Source: Curvularia clavata
Lineage: Eukaryota
NCBI GenBank assembly: GCA_023920165.1
Contig: CP089278.1
Coordinates: 2,604,001-2,668,000 of the forward strand
DNA length: 64,000 nucleotides
Direction of reading: 5' to 3'
In this document: positions 24,518 to 35,957 of the stretch, piece after piece
Position numbering within the stretch: the first letter of the stretch is position 1
How the letters are laid out: every line of letters starts with the position of its first letter
The notes under the pieces: model-generated
What the model was told of the DNA's origin: nothing
The model's input: only the letters and a program-made list of their open reading frames with translations
The model's database searches: none
Made by a program: the position numbers and the translations under genes

Positions 24518-25821
24518 AGTTGTATTTGTAAGACTTTTGCTGAGCAAACGCTACGATTGTTTTCTGTTTCGATATCTTTGCTTTTTTGTGGGCTGTTTAG
24601 CTAGGAAAAATACCCTAGAACTGATATGTAATTGATTTACTTTTACTCGTTAGAAAATTTTCAATCGTCACTTGTTATTGCTTTTGTGTTCCTGTTTCCC
24701 TTGGTTTTACACCGATAAGCCGCAATGCATGCATACAAGTCAAGGACAAAAAAAAAGAAAACTCGTTCGCATATCGTTCGCAGCATCTCGCATCCCTTGT
24801 CCTCCCTGTGCTATCTCATCACTTCGACCTCATTTTCTTTCTTTCCTTTTTCATGCTGTGCATTCAATCCTTTAATCTAGAACAACACATGGGAGAAATC
24901 GCAATGCGTTTGACAAGAGGCGGAATTGAGAAGGTGAGAGTGGGGCGATAAGGCCAACACGCAACACACGCATAAGGCGCAGTTTCGAAATGCATTTTAC
25001 CGTTAAGCGGGGCGGCAGCGGACATTCGAGGTCGAGTTCTAGAATTTGGGGCGATCGTGCGGTTTGCCCATGATTCAGTTGCGGGAGAGACGAAAGGGAT
25101 CGGCGGAATCCTTCCTGAAGTTATTCCAACACAACGGTCGTGCATGGCGATGTATGAAAGATGCACATGTCTTGTGCTCTACCATTAAGATCCTTGTAGT
25201 TGTTTGAGATATCCAACAACTTGGCTGTTGGTGGGAAAATAGCTCTGCTATGCATCTCCTGTGCATACAACGCTCTTAACTGCATGCTCTATGATATTAC
25301 CCCAAGGTAGTTATAAACTGGGTCGCTGGGGCAAACACTATACTCCATGCATTCATCCCCCCCACGTAAATTCTTCTTCTTTCTTGCTCACCCAACAACA
25401 CTCAAGCCACCCTCATCTTTCCCCTTCTCCCTTTCTCACCGCCAGAATCCCACTCTATCCGCCCGGAACATTTCTCCGCCCACGGCATTATGCATTAACC
25501 ACGGGACGGGAAATCCAACCGCTCCACTTAGACAAGGTTGCACCAGATCCCCATTTCGCCTCTCTTTTCGCGTCTTGTAGCATATAGCGTCGCAGATCTG
25601 AGGGGTTGAGATGCAATGTTATTAGCGCACAAACCACTTAGCGTCAGCCACATTATTTGCCTCACTAAGGTGTTGGACGCCCTAGGTATCAACACCTCAA
25701 GCCACAAGGATCGTAACCTGGTACAATAGTCGCGGGAATTTAACCCATGCAGACTCGCTGAACAAGTGCGCAACCATAGCCTCTTTCGCAACTAATGAAA
25801 CCAGAAGATCGAAATGAGGGT

Positions 25822-25950
25822 GTAAACAACAACTGCGGCAACTACAGCTACTTGTAAAAAGTACACTTGTAAGTGCTAAGAGTACGGTAAACAATAGCAG
25901 TTGTGACTAATACAGCTACTTTTCAAAGTGATGGTTCAGTAGAACATGAA
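25822..25950 (+). repeat. Copy of the dispersed AACTGYG..CAACTACAGCTAC repeat family (core motif present twice)
   Basis: 25831-25920 aligns by eye with the reverse complement of 29909-29991 and with 31290-31380 (shared CAACTAC..CTACTT..AAAAGTACA..TGCTAAGA..GTAAACA..TACAGCTAC). Confidence 0.7.
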
Positions 25951-26019
25951 ATGATATAGTAATATTGGACACCAGGTCGATATAGAAAGACGAAATAAGT
26001 AAATAGAATAGCGACACTC

Positions 26020-26811
26020 TCACTTCGTACTCATAATTACATTCCACATCCTCTTGTCCTTTTGCTCCCTAAAAAACTTCTTTACAGCCTTTGTGTCAAT
26101 ATCCCTTCCATTCTGCCCATGGCCAGACCCAAAATTAGGTACGCGATCTTTGACATGCGATACTTTGTCTTCGAAATAAAGTATACCGTCTTTGAGACGA
26201 AATTCACAGTATTCAAGAAGAGGCACATTGTCTGTGAGTAGAGCGGCGCTCCCGAGTTTCACATAAGCCTCTTCTTTTCCTTCGCTATGATTAGGCGGGA
26301 GCGGTTGAAGGTCGATGATAGTAGAGTTGTAAGGAGCAGGCCGGTCAGTAGATGAGCCAAGATGATGTCTCAAATTAGTGCCGGCGAATGGCTGCTCGCA
26401 TTCTTCTTTAGGTTTTTGGTGCCGCTGGCAGTAGGGGGAAGGCGGAGCGATAGGGGAGGGGAGAGGAGAATGAGGAGGAGAGGGAAAGAGAGATACGGGA
26501 AGGAGAAGAGATGGGGAGCATAGGATGGGCGAGCAGTGCGTTGAGTGATTGAAAGAGGATTGTGGTGTTGGGGGCGGTGTAGCAGGGTAGTGGAAGGGAA
26601 GAGTGTTCGTGGGTGGCTTGCTGAAGTTATCTTCGTGAAGGAAGAATCTGGATTTGCGCTTGTGGTTGGGACATGTTTTATTCCTAGGACTATGGTCTCG
26701 AGGATTTGCTGTGGTGAGGGGTTTGCTTGGTGTGTCTGCAAGCGGGGGATACCATATCTCCTTGGTGATGCAGAATTTGGGTAGTTGAGAGGGTTCGGCT
26801 TGAAGAGACAT
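26020..26811 (-). CDS. Hypothetical Pro/Ser-rich protein (263 aa), possibly lineage-specific
   Basis: ATG-initiated intronless ORF; low-complexity middle and a globular-looking C-terminus (AYVKLGSAALLTDNVPLLEYCEFRLKDGILYFED); no family recognised. Confidence 0.45.
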   Translation of the reverse strand: MSLQAEPSQLPKFCITKEIWYPPLADTPSKPLTTANPRDHSPRNKTCPNHKRKSRFFLHEDNFSKPPTNTLPFHYPATPPPTPQSSFNHSTHCSPILCSPSLLLPVSLFPSPPHSPLPSPIAPPSPYCQRHQKPKEECEQPFAGTNLRHHLGSSTDRPAPYNSTIIDLQPLPPNHSEGKEEAYVKLGSAALLTDNVPLLEYCEFRLKDGILYFEDKVSHVKDRVPNFGSGHGQNGRDIDTKAVKKFFREQKDKRMWNVIMSTK

Positions 26812-27698
26812 GGCAGATAGTTAAGATAGAGAATAGTGACTGATAATGAAGTTGGGACTAAAGCTATGTCTTTTGCAGAACAAAATGGCTCCTAGTGCTC
26901 TTTGAGATCTAATAAATACGATGATTTCTATATGAAAAACCTATATTATCTAATGCCTGTCTGTGGATTTGCGTCAGAACCAAAGTTGAGCAAGAGCGAT
27001 CAATGTAACTGCTAAGGTCGATGAACGTGAAGAGTTCTTCTGTAGAAGAATACAGATGGTGACATAGATGCAAGCACAGACGCATAGACACCTTCTGATT
27101 ATCGCTCTTCATGTGGACACTGAACAACATAGTCCAAAGCTATGCGTGAGATGTGAGAACCTCTTCGTATACTAGCAGCATGTCAGGGTAACAGAAGTGT
27201 ATTCTGGCGCAACCAAGACATGAACCAAAGTTCATTGCTGCGCCAACACATGATTCGCTGGTGTCAAGAACACTGCCTGCAAGTCTTGGCATGGGCCCAC
27301 ACGCGCGTAAGGTCGTTCCATAATAGAACATTAAAGACAAACCAGATTCGGTAGTTCAGAGGAAATTATGAAGTGGCGGCAGTGTAGGAAGCGGGCAATA
27401 TCTTTTTCATTGACCAAATTAAACCAAATTTTTTACATGATTCATGGCCCGTATGGCATTTCGTAAAAGGTGGTGTATGTCGTCCAACCCAGAGTCCTCG
27501 ATTCGGTGAATCGAACGAGCCGCTCCGCTTGAGTGCCGCACTTTGCTTTTTGATTGTATTGTTGGAGAATATCTGGAACGCCAAATCGCCTTCAAGAGGT
27601 CTTTTCCGTAATCAAGACCTCAAGTAGGTTACCAACATAAAATTGCGCTGCGCCGTCTGTGTCGAATGAAACTAGTTCAAGGCCTGTGGGCCATATAC

Positions 27699-28902
27699 TC
27701 ATGCCGATTGTATCCGCTCCTCGTAGGCTGACCATGCGGCTTTCCTGTAGCGCTCTGCTTCAGACATGCGGTCATGGGCTCGTACAATGCCACGTCCGAC
27801 GATGATGATGTCGCATCCTTGTTCGAAAATGAGCTTGTGAGGAGTGTTGTACTGCTGGCCAAGGGCGTCTCCCAGCTTCTTTCCCTCTTGGCCTGGAGGC
27901 GGCAATTGGCAGCCTGGAGTCATGGTGATGAAGCTGTCTTCGGGTTGTGTGTTTAGACTGCGCTGGGCGATGAAGCCCATGACGAAGTCGCGATGATTTC
28001 GTGCAATCTCGACCGTCTTCTGCTGGTAGTCGGGTGTCATGAGGTGACCCTCGGAGCTCATCTCCGCGAGTAAAAGAAGCGAACGCAGAAAGGGTGGTGG
28101 GCCAAGACGTAGGAGTTCTGTGGCGGTATCGAGGTTGAAGACGTCTTGTCCGTCATTGGGCTCTGGCCGGGGCGATATGCTTTCTGTGCGCATGGATATT
28201 GAAGTCGTGACGCTCACAACGCTCTGTTTCCTGTCGGGGGCACGGATGCTCAGCCTTCTTTCCTCACCTTCCATCTCGATAGGAGACTCGATGGTGAAGT
28301 CGGGGGCTTTTGTGTCGTCGCTGTCTTGGTCGCTGTCGATTCCGTTGCTCTGGCGCGTGGCTGAGATCTCGGTGTTGACCGAAGTGTTGAACTTTGCAAT
28401 TGTTGTTTCGGCTGCTTTCTCGAGGGCGGTGACAATGGCGGGGCCGGGCAGAACGTGCGCGTTTGTGATTTCGGCCCAGTGAGCGATGCGGTGGTGGCCA
28501 GAAGTGTATTGCTTCTGCACGGTTTCTATTGCACAACTGTCAGGCTCAAGGCTCAATGGCAGCATATTGAGCGGAGAAGTAACCAAACATACCGCCAATG
28601 TCGGCGAATTTGCGATCCTCGAAAATCAGAAAGTGCTTGCGTGTGGCGATTTCCCTCAATGCCTGGGCGGTCCTGTCGGACCAGTCGGTGACGATGTCGC
28701 AGTGTGTCTTGAGCAGGCAGATGGAGTCGCCCACATCTTCGGCGAGCTGGACCAGCTCTGCAGAGGTCTCGACATCGGCGGAGAGACAGAGATTGGTTTG
28801 CTTGGCGGCCATCAAGCTGAGGAGGTATGAGGCCAGGGGGCCGACCGAGGGCGACAAGGCCCGGGTCCTGTAAGGGGTGGTGAGGGTAGGATGAGGGCCC
28901 AT
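27699..28902 (-). CDS. pyrG: Orotidine-5'-phosphate decarboxylase (pyrG/URA3/pyr-4); intron 28526-28592
   Basis: KQTNLCLSADV, LLKTHCD, FLIFEDRKFADIG|ETVQKQY, LLLLAEMSSEG, GDALGQQYNTP, IIIVGRGI. Confidence 0.96.
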
Positions 28903-29772
28903 GGCGATGGCGCGTCGTGTGCTGAGGTGAGGCGTGTGCAGAAGAGGAGCGCGGGGTGGTGAGGGGCAGCACCGGCGGGGTGGGTGATGTCAGAAGAAAA
29001 GTGAGAGAAAAAAAAGGGTATGAGGAAAGTGCGGCGGCAGCAGGGCCAGTACAAGTAGAAGTAGAAGCAAAGGAAAAAAGGTGGGATGAGAAGAAGCGAG
29101 GGGAGTTGCAGGCAGAGGCACCAGGCAGAGGGTCAGTCAGGTCAAGGACTAGGAAGAGTCGATATGCGGCCGGTGCAGTCGGCCAACGGTCGCTAGTGTC
29201 GTCGGATCATATCGTGTCGTGTCGTGTCGTGTTGTGGGTAAGAAAAATACGTATTAATATGCCTGTCTGTTCCTGGCGCGGGCCGCTCGCCGCAGATCCT
29301 GGCTGCTCCCTTTTGGGCCTTGTGCAGTCGGACAGTCGAGTCTTGGAGCAGTCGAGCCCTCGCTGCCACTGTCCAACTCTGCCTGTGCCATGTCGCCTCG
29401 CCCGAATACCCATCCTATTCTCTCCGCGGCCTGCCCGTCCCTGGTCCGCACTGTGCGCCCGTGGGCTCTGCGACTCCATAGACGCTTATGCCCCACGCCA
29501 GTCCCGCCGGCGGCTTGGTATTGTCTATCCTATGGTTCCATCCAGGCCTCGCCTCGCCCTGGCCCTGGCCGTTGATATTTATGGCGCCTGCTCCGCCGCC
29601 TCCGCCTTCGCCGCCCTATAGTCGGTGAGCGGGTATGCACATGCACTGTCCTATTCCCTACCTCCCACCACATGTCCCTCGCCAATGCCGAGTCAATGTT
29701 TGCCGCCTGTACATGCAGTCACCGGAAAACATGTGCACAATGTACACATATCAGCCGCCTACCTACGCTGCC

Positions 29773-29991
29773 AATATAGTAAACAACACACAACTGTGCT
29801 AACTACAGCTGACTCAAGGGCAGTGTTTCTACTAGAACGTAGAGCGGTTTTTTAGGCCGCCGTTTTCCAGTTTTTTCAGTTGTAGGAGAGGTTAGTGACC
29901 TACTGTACGAGCAGCTGTAGTCATCACAGTTATTTACTGTTTACTATATTCTTAGCATTCACAGTTGTACTTTTAAAAGTCGGGGTAGTTG
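29773..29991. repeat. MITE-like palindromic element of the same repeat family (arms 29773-29815 and 29909-29950; the minus arm continues to ~29991)
   Basis: AATATAGTAAACAacacacAACTGTGcTaACTACAGCTGaCTC versus the reverse complement of 29909-29950: 36/43 identical by manual alignment. Confidence 0.8.
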
Positions 29992-30423
29992 TTCCATTTA
30001 TTCATTATCCTGTTCCGCATGCAACATCCAACAGACATGGAGAGAATGTCGATAGTGAAAGCATGGTATAGTAGCAAAGAGTGGTGACTATGATTAGCGA
30101 CGTATCATATCCATGTCGCGTACTTTTGTTCTGCGTCTGCACGTGTAAAGCAGTTGCCGAATAGTGATGAGTGAAGCAATGAGACCTGCAGTTCTCCATC
30201 ACGCAATTTTCAATGTGAAGGAATCAAACGCCAGCTATGCCGCGGGCGAATGAGGGCCCTTGAGAGTGGACTTCACCATCACCGCAGCCTAGAACTAGCT
30301 TCCACGAGCTTTTTATGTCACTAGCAAACACTTCCTTTCTTCACCTACAGCACGCACTCGCTCTTATCCCGCCTGCCACACTCAACTCGACAACATCCAT
30401 CAATATCGCTTAGCATCAACATC

Positions 30424-31097
30424 ATGCCGCCCAAGAAGGACGCAGCTGGTGCAGAGGCCAAAGAGCTGCTCGTAGGCTTTACGGAAAAAGAGACCAAGCT
30501 CATTGCGGCTGCTTTCTTGAGCTCCACGGGACCCGACAAGGTAAGTCTGCTTCGCCTTCACTGAAGTGCCGTGCTAACATACCACAGTTCGACTACGACC
30601 TGATGTCTACAATCACCGGCAACACCGCCGGCTCCCTCAAGAAGATGTGTAAGTGGCATCCAATCGCTAACGCCCGACTCACACTAACCTGAAACGCTCA
30701 AATCCAGGGCCACCAGTTAAGAGAAAGGCTATGGAGAAGCACCCTTCCTTTGCCAAGTTTCTCGGCCAGTCTTCTGCCAATGGTTCCGAAGCACCAAAGT
30801 CTTCTGCCGGCCCCAAGTCCAGGAAGCGCAAGACTCACGATGACATCGACGAAGACGATGTCGAGTCTGAGGTCCAAGATTCTGAATCAGAGAAGAAGTC
30901 CCTCAAGAAGACAAACAAGCCCATGGCCGAGAAGAAGGGCTGCGGTCGTCCCAAGAAACAGCTCAAGACTGAGGATTCGGACGCTGAAGAGCACGCTTCC
31001 GACAACGGCAAAAGTCACTGTGAGTTCGCCTATGTGAACACATAACCAAAGCGATACTGACTGTTAGCTAGTTTCTGAAGCCGAGCAGTCCGTCTAG
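30424..31097 (+). CDS. Small Lys/acidic-rich putative nuclear protein with a helical N-terminus and a degenerate AT-hook; introns 30541-30587, 30649-30707, 31020-31071
   Basis: Spliced: MPPKKDAAGAEAKELLVGFTEKETKLIAAAFLSSTGPDK|FDYDLMSTITGNTAGSLKKMW|PPVKRKAMEKHPSFAKFLG...KSRKRK...KKGCGRPKK...FSEAEQSV*. Canonical splice signals with CTRAC branch points. Confidence 0.8.
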
Positions 31098-31277
31098 GTG
31101 CTTGAACCTACGCATATAGCCGTTGGCTTGAGGATGTGCTATTGGGGCATGGTATGGTAGACATCGTGCTATGGTACCCGCTAATGTGCTTTATTTGCCT
31201 GGATACAGAATATGGGACTATTGTGGTCGTGGCAGCAGCGCATACCTTCAGGTCTGATAGCATTCTCCAGGTTACAC

Positions 31278-31397
31278 AAAATAAATGACTGCGTTTGACA
31301 ACTACCACTACTTTTAAATGTAAAATCATAGTTCTAAGAAGACAATAACAAATAACTGCGACAACTACAGCTACTCTTGCAGCAGATCGCCATTCTA
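31278..31397 (+). repeat. Third locus of the dispersed repeat family, inverted relative to 29889-29991
   Basis: 31350-31396 versus the reverse complement of 29889-29935: 35/47 identical, 10 of 12 differences are transitions; similarity continues back to ~31299. Confidence 0.75.
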
Positions 31398-31671
31398 GTT
31401 TCACTAGTGGTGAGAGAGAGCATGACACTGATACGCGACGTCATGCTGTCGCGCGTTCACGTGATTGTCACTCGTTCGTTCCGCCCTACTTGTCAGCGTA
31501 ACGGCACGATTCCGCGCCCACACCACGTCTTACAAACCCCGTTTAACAAACACACTATCTCACCTACCCCTTCACCGCACGAAAACTACCGAAAGCCACG
31601 ATGGCCTCGTTTCGTCCGTACCTGCGCATATATCGGCTCCACCCGCTACGACTAGGGTTCCTGTAGCCGCC

Positions 31672-32712
31672 ATGAAACCATTCCATCGAGCATCTTCTCT
31701 ACTCGCAACCTTACTCGGTGTTCAGCGAAGTTCTGCACAGCCGTCTTCTTCTTCCAGCAACAATACCTTTAACCCCCTGAACAGCATACAGCAACTTCTA
31801 TCCCCATCCTACACCAACAACATGAGCCGTGTTGCGCCCGTCATCTCTGTCTCGCACGGCGGAGGCCCCATGCCACTCCTCGGCGACCCATCCCACGCCG
31901 CCATTGTAGACTCGCTCAAAACCCGCGTGCCCAAGATTCTCAAGCTGGGCACACCTGAAGCCCCCAAAGCAATCGTGCTCGTCACAGCTCACTGGTCAAC
32001 AGACAAAGTCACCATCTCGAGTGGCTCTAAACACGAGCTGCTGTATGACTACTATGGCTTCCCGCCCGAGGCTTACCAAATCAAGCACAATGCGCCAGGA
32101 AGTCCTAAAGTGGCAGACCAAGTGGCCAAGGCCCTCAGCGAAGCAGGCATAGAGTACGAGAAGGATCCAGAACGACGTATGTCTTTCTTCTTTTTTGTTT
32201 TCACTCGATTCGTCTACTGACTAAACCGCAAAACAACAGCATGGGACCACGGCGTCTTCGTCCCCATGAAACTCATCGATCCCTCCGCCTCAACCCCTAT
32301 TGTCCAACTCTCTGTCCTCGCCTCCGAATCCCCCAAGGACTCCTACGCCATCGGCCGTGCCCTCTCCACCCTCCGCAGCCAGAATATTGCCATAATCGGT
32401 TCCGGCTTCGCCACATTTCACAACCTACGTTACTTCGGCCAGCTTGGGAATCCATCTATCAAAGCGATGACGAAAGAATGGAGTGAGAAGGTTACCGATG
32501 CCGCTATGACGGACGATGATGCAAAACGCGAGGAGAAGTTTCAGCATTTTAGGGAATGGCCACATACGTATACGATGCATCCCAGGCATGGTGCGGAGCA
32601 TTTTTTGCCCCTGATTGTGTGTGCGGGTGCGGCGGGGAGGACCACGGGGAAGAGCTATGCGGATGCGTTGATGGGAGTGGATATGTGGAGTTACTATTGG
32701 GATGAGGAGTGA
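31672..32712 (+). CDS. LigB/DODA-family extradiol ring-cleavage dioxygenase; intron 32177-32239; alternative ATG at 31822
   Basis: SVSHGGGPMP, TAHW, YDYYGFP, R|PWDHGVFVP, GSGFATFHNL, MHPRHGAEHFLPL. Confidence 0.92.
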
Positions 32713-32976
32713 GGTCTGAGACGGAGAAAGAGTAGCCGAATTAGATTCCACAGAAAGGAACCGGAGAGTTTGACGGAGCAAAGAAAGCACCTTGATTATT
32801 GAACTTATTCTTTTCCTACCCCTTCCACCCAGGGAGAATCCCAACTACTTTTACGTTTTTCTTTCATTTACATACCCAGGAACGCATAGGTTAAATCATT
32901 CCCACCGAGAACCCTTCGTTTCACTCCCCTTACTCCCTCTTCTCAAACCCCTGTTTTTTCCTCACGCGCATGATCA

Positions 32977-34934
32977 TCATTTCTTTCCAACAGGCCTCAT
33001 CCCATACCACGCAATCACGGCCACTCCCAACAGCCCCGAAACTGTACTCATCACCAACGCCGCAATCCCCCTGCCTTCAAACCCTTCCGGCAACCTCCCT
33101 GGGCTCTTATTCTCCCCGCTCAAATCCTCATACTTCTCCGTATTCCCCGCCGCATTTCCCTGCGTCGGCACACCCTTTGCACGACACACGTCCCAGTGGT
33201 CCTGCGGAATGCGAGAGCCAAGTTGCTGTTGAATGGACAGCGGAGACTCGATTATCGTAGCGGTGAGACCAGATGCAACATGCCATTCGATGTGGCAGTG
33301 GAAGAGCCACACGCCTGGGTTGTCGGAGCGGAAGCGCAGGATCATGTGACCATTTGGTCGGACAAGGACGGTGTCGCGGCGCATGGGGTTGCTGGATGGG
33401 GTGAGGGCGGTGCTAGGGTCATAAGGGCCTGCATCGTCGGGGCTGCGGAGGAGGACTTGGAACGTGTGGCCGTGGAGGTGGAAGGGGTGCCTGGAATGAT
33501 GAGTTGGTGGGTTGGGTAAGAGAAGGAGAGGAGGAGAGCTTACTTTCCCGGATCCAAATTATTCAGCACAATCTCCACGACTTGGTTCTGTGCCAGGACA
33601 AAAGCATTCGTGTTGGTACCGTAGATGATGGGATCAGTAGCGTTGGATCCAGTCGATAGGACGGTGTATAGAGTAGGTACTTTGGGGCTGACATAGGTTA
33701 CGTCGTTGAAGAAGGCACTGTATATCCGTTAGTGACAAGATTATTGGGTTGCAGGGGGGGGGAAGGACTTACTAGTTCGCTCCATCGTTCAAGTTATCCA
33801 TCTTAACATCCAGCGTAATCGATTGATCTACGCGATCATACGCTCCCTCTTTATCCCACGGCACCAGGTTGAAGTCATCAAATGGCTCGAACGAATCTAC
33901 GCTCTTGGCCTCGGGAAGTGGTTGCTTGTCGTCATATACAAGCCACCCTGTAACATTTGGATTCAGGCCTTCGGGTACCGAGTCGAACAAGTCCTCGTCC
34001 ATACTTCCCACAAACGCAAAGTTGGACCTCGTTTCGTTCTTCATGGTGACGAGCACGCTGTAGCGCTGAGCGGCAGTGACATAAATCATGTTCGCCTCCA
34101 TAGGCTCGGTGTACACGCCGTCGACTTCGACAACGCGCATCGTATGGTCCTCAAACCAGACGTACTGTGCAGCAAAAGCCCCCATGTTGACCATGCGGAA
34201 GAGATACGTTTTCCCGGGTTGTACGCTGACAGTCAGGTTCTGCGTGTCGTTGAGAAGGGCTGCTTGAGGCACAGGTTCAGCGCCTGAGGGGTTGGCGATG
34301 TTGATGAAGCTGGCCAGGAGGTTGTGCATCGAGTCGTGATACCTACAGATTTTAGTGAGAAGGAGTCTCGCTCAGTTCGAGATCGTGGAACTCACCAGTC
34401 GGATAGAGTCACTACGACTTCTTCGTCGTAGAGGTCCTTGTGCGGGCTCTCTGGATCGTGGACAATGAGCGGTCCACGGAGACCGTCGGGATATTGGCCA
34501 CGCTCATGGCTGTGGTACCAATATGTGCCTGGTTGATTGACCTGGGATATTCAGTCTGAGATACTTCTGCTCGGAAATGCAACACTCACTGTGAAGTTAT
34601 ACGTAAAGGAACTACCCGGAGGAATACCACACTGAGTACCGCCAACAACGCCATCCATATGCGTTGTCCCGTTCATGAATAGGCCGTGGAAATGCAAACT
34701 TGTCGACTCATTTCCTAGTGAATTCTTGACATTGACAATGACTTGGTCACCCTTTGTCGCTACAATGGGTGGGAGAGGCCATTTTCCATTGATTCCTATA
34801 GTTGGGCGCGTGTACTGTCCATCTGGATTCGCATATGTCCATGCTACATCGAAGTCGTACGTGCGTGTCTCGGCTCGAACAGTTGTGCCCAGAAGCAATA
34901 ATGAAACCAGGAAATTCGACAAAGAAAGCGCCAT
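32977..34934 (-). CDS. FET3: Multicopper ferroxidase of reductive iron assimilation (Fet3/FetC); introns 34542-34589, 34343-34395, 33718-33772, 33491-33543
   Basis: Signal peptide; Cu motifs [35 protein letters not shown]-terminal TM helix; divergent from FTR1. Confidence 0.95.
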
Positions 34935-35088
34935 CTCGGCGGTTAGGTGGGTGAGTACTGAAGAGAGAGTCTAGTCAGCCAGAAAACTGTACTAGACGGT
35001 CTAGCAAGCGGGAGTGCACAAGGCGTACAGACGGCTTGACCTGCGACAACTAGTGAGAGACTATTTCCGACTGGAGAGAATTGAGATC

Positions 35089-35910
35089 ATCAGATAAATG
35101 GCTTCAGACTGATCTGACACTCAAGATCAGATAACACCTTCCCTTCAGCTGCTAGCCGACTAGGTGAAGCCACAGTGTTTCGGCGCCGAGTTATCAGATC
35201 ATCTGGTCATGATTTGTAGCGCAGAAGGCGCAGGTAAAACAGGACAAGGTGGGGCGAACATGCTTCTCTGGCTCAGGTTGGCTGTATCGACGGGCCGCCT
35301 ATCCAATCAACTCCGCGGCGTCTGAAGCATCCCGCATGTTTGCAAGACGGAGAGCATGCTGCTAGACCGTGATTCGCTGCGGGGTGGTACCGATTCGGTT
35401 CTTATCGGACCATCTGATAATCTGGACCGCCATCGACCCAGTCGTGTGGTCGAGCTACGGCGCCGAAGGACCAACAAGCGTGCCTTAGCCTGCGCGATTA
35501 GAATCTTGATTTGATTTGGCGTGGCTGGGCAGGCTGATCATGCGAGACTGCGAGTTTTTTGAAGCGTGTAGAGTCTTGGTACTGTTGTTGCGGTTGATAT
35601 TTGCTGTTGCGTGGTACAGTGGATTCAAGCGCCCAACAACAATACTACCAACACCGGGAGCTTCTGGCAATTTCAATGGCCGTACCGGCAAAATTTTGTG
35701 ACCTTGTAGCAAAATACCGGTCATCCTGCCTCGGCTGCCAACCTTAGTTGAAAAAAATAATAGCTTGTGCATGTGTACATGGTCATTCCGAAACTCGGCT
35801 TTACCCTTAGCGTCATTACATGCTGCACATGCGGAAGCTGAGAACATGGGCCCCCTCTCACCTCATCTGATTAGATCCGTCTTCTTAAGCCCATCGCCTG
35901 CTTATCAGAT
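35089..35910. promoter_or_regulatory. Bidirectional FET3/FTR1 promoter with five perfect ATCWGATAA (SreA/Sre1/Urbs1 GATA-repressor) boxes
   Basis: ATCAGATAA 35089-35097 and 35126-35134, ATCTGATAA 35412-35420, reverse-strand TTATCAGAT 35191-35199 and 35902-35910; near-matches at 35402 and 35865. Confidence 0.85.
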
Positions 35911-35957
35911 TTTTCCTCTAGTACAGGAGTTAATTGAGCGAACTGACAGTTTTCAAG

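Noticed and set aside
28956..29621. 221-aa plus-strand ORF upstream of pyrG
   Set aside because: GTG start and composition derived from the pyrimidine-rich pyrG leader and simple repeats; no domain.
25822..31397. Dispersed repeats interpreted as a CRISPR-like array
   Set aside because: Eukaryotic context, irregular spacing, mixed orientation, degenerate copies, no cas genes.
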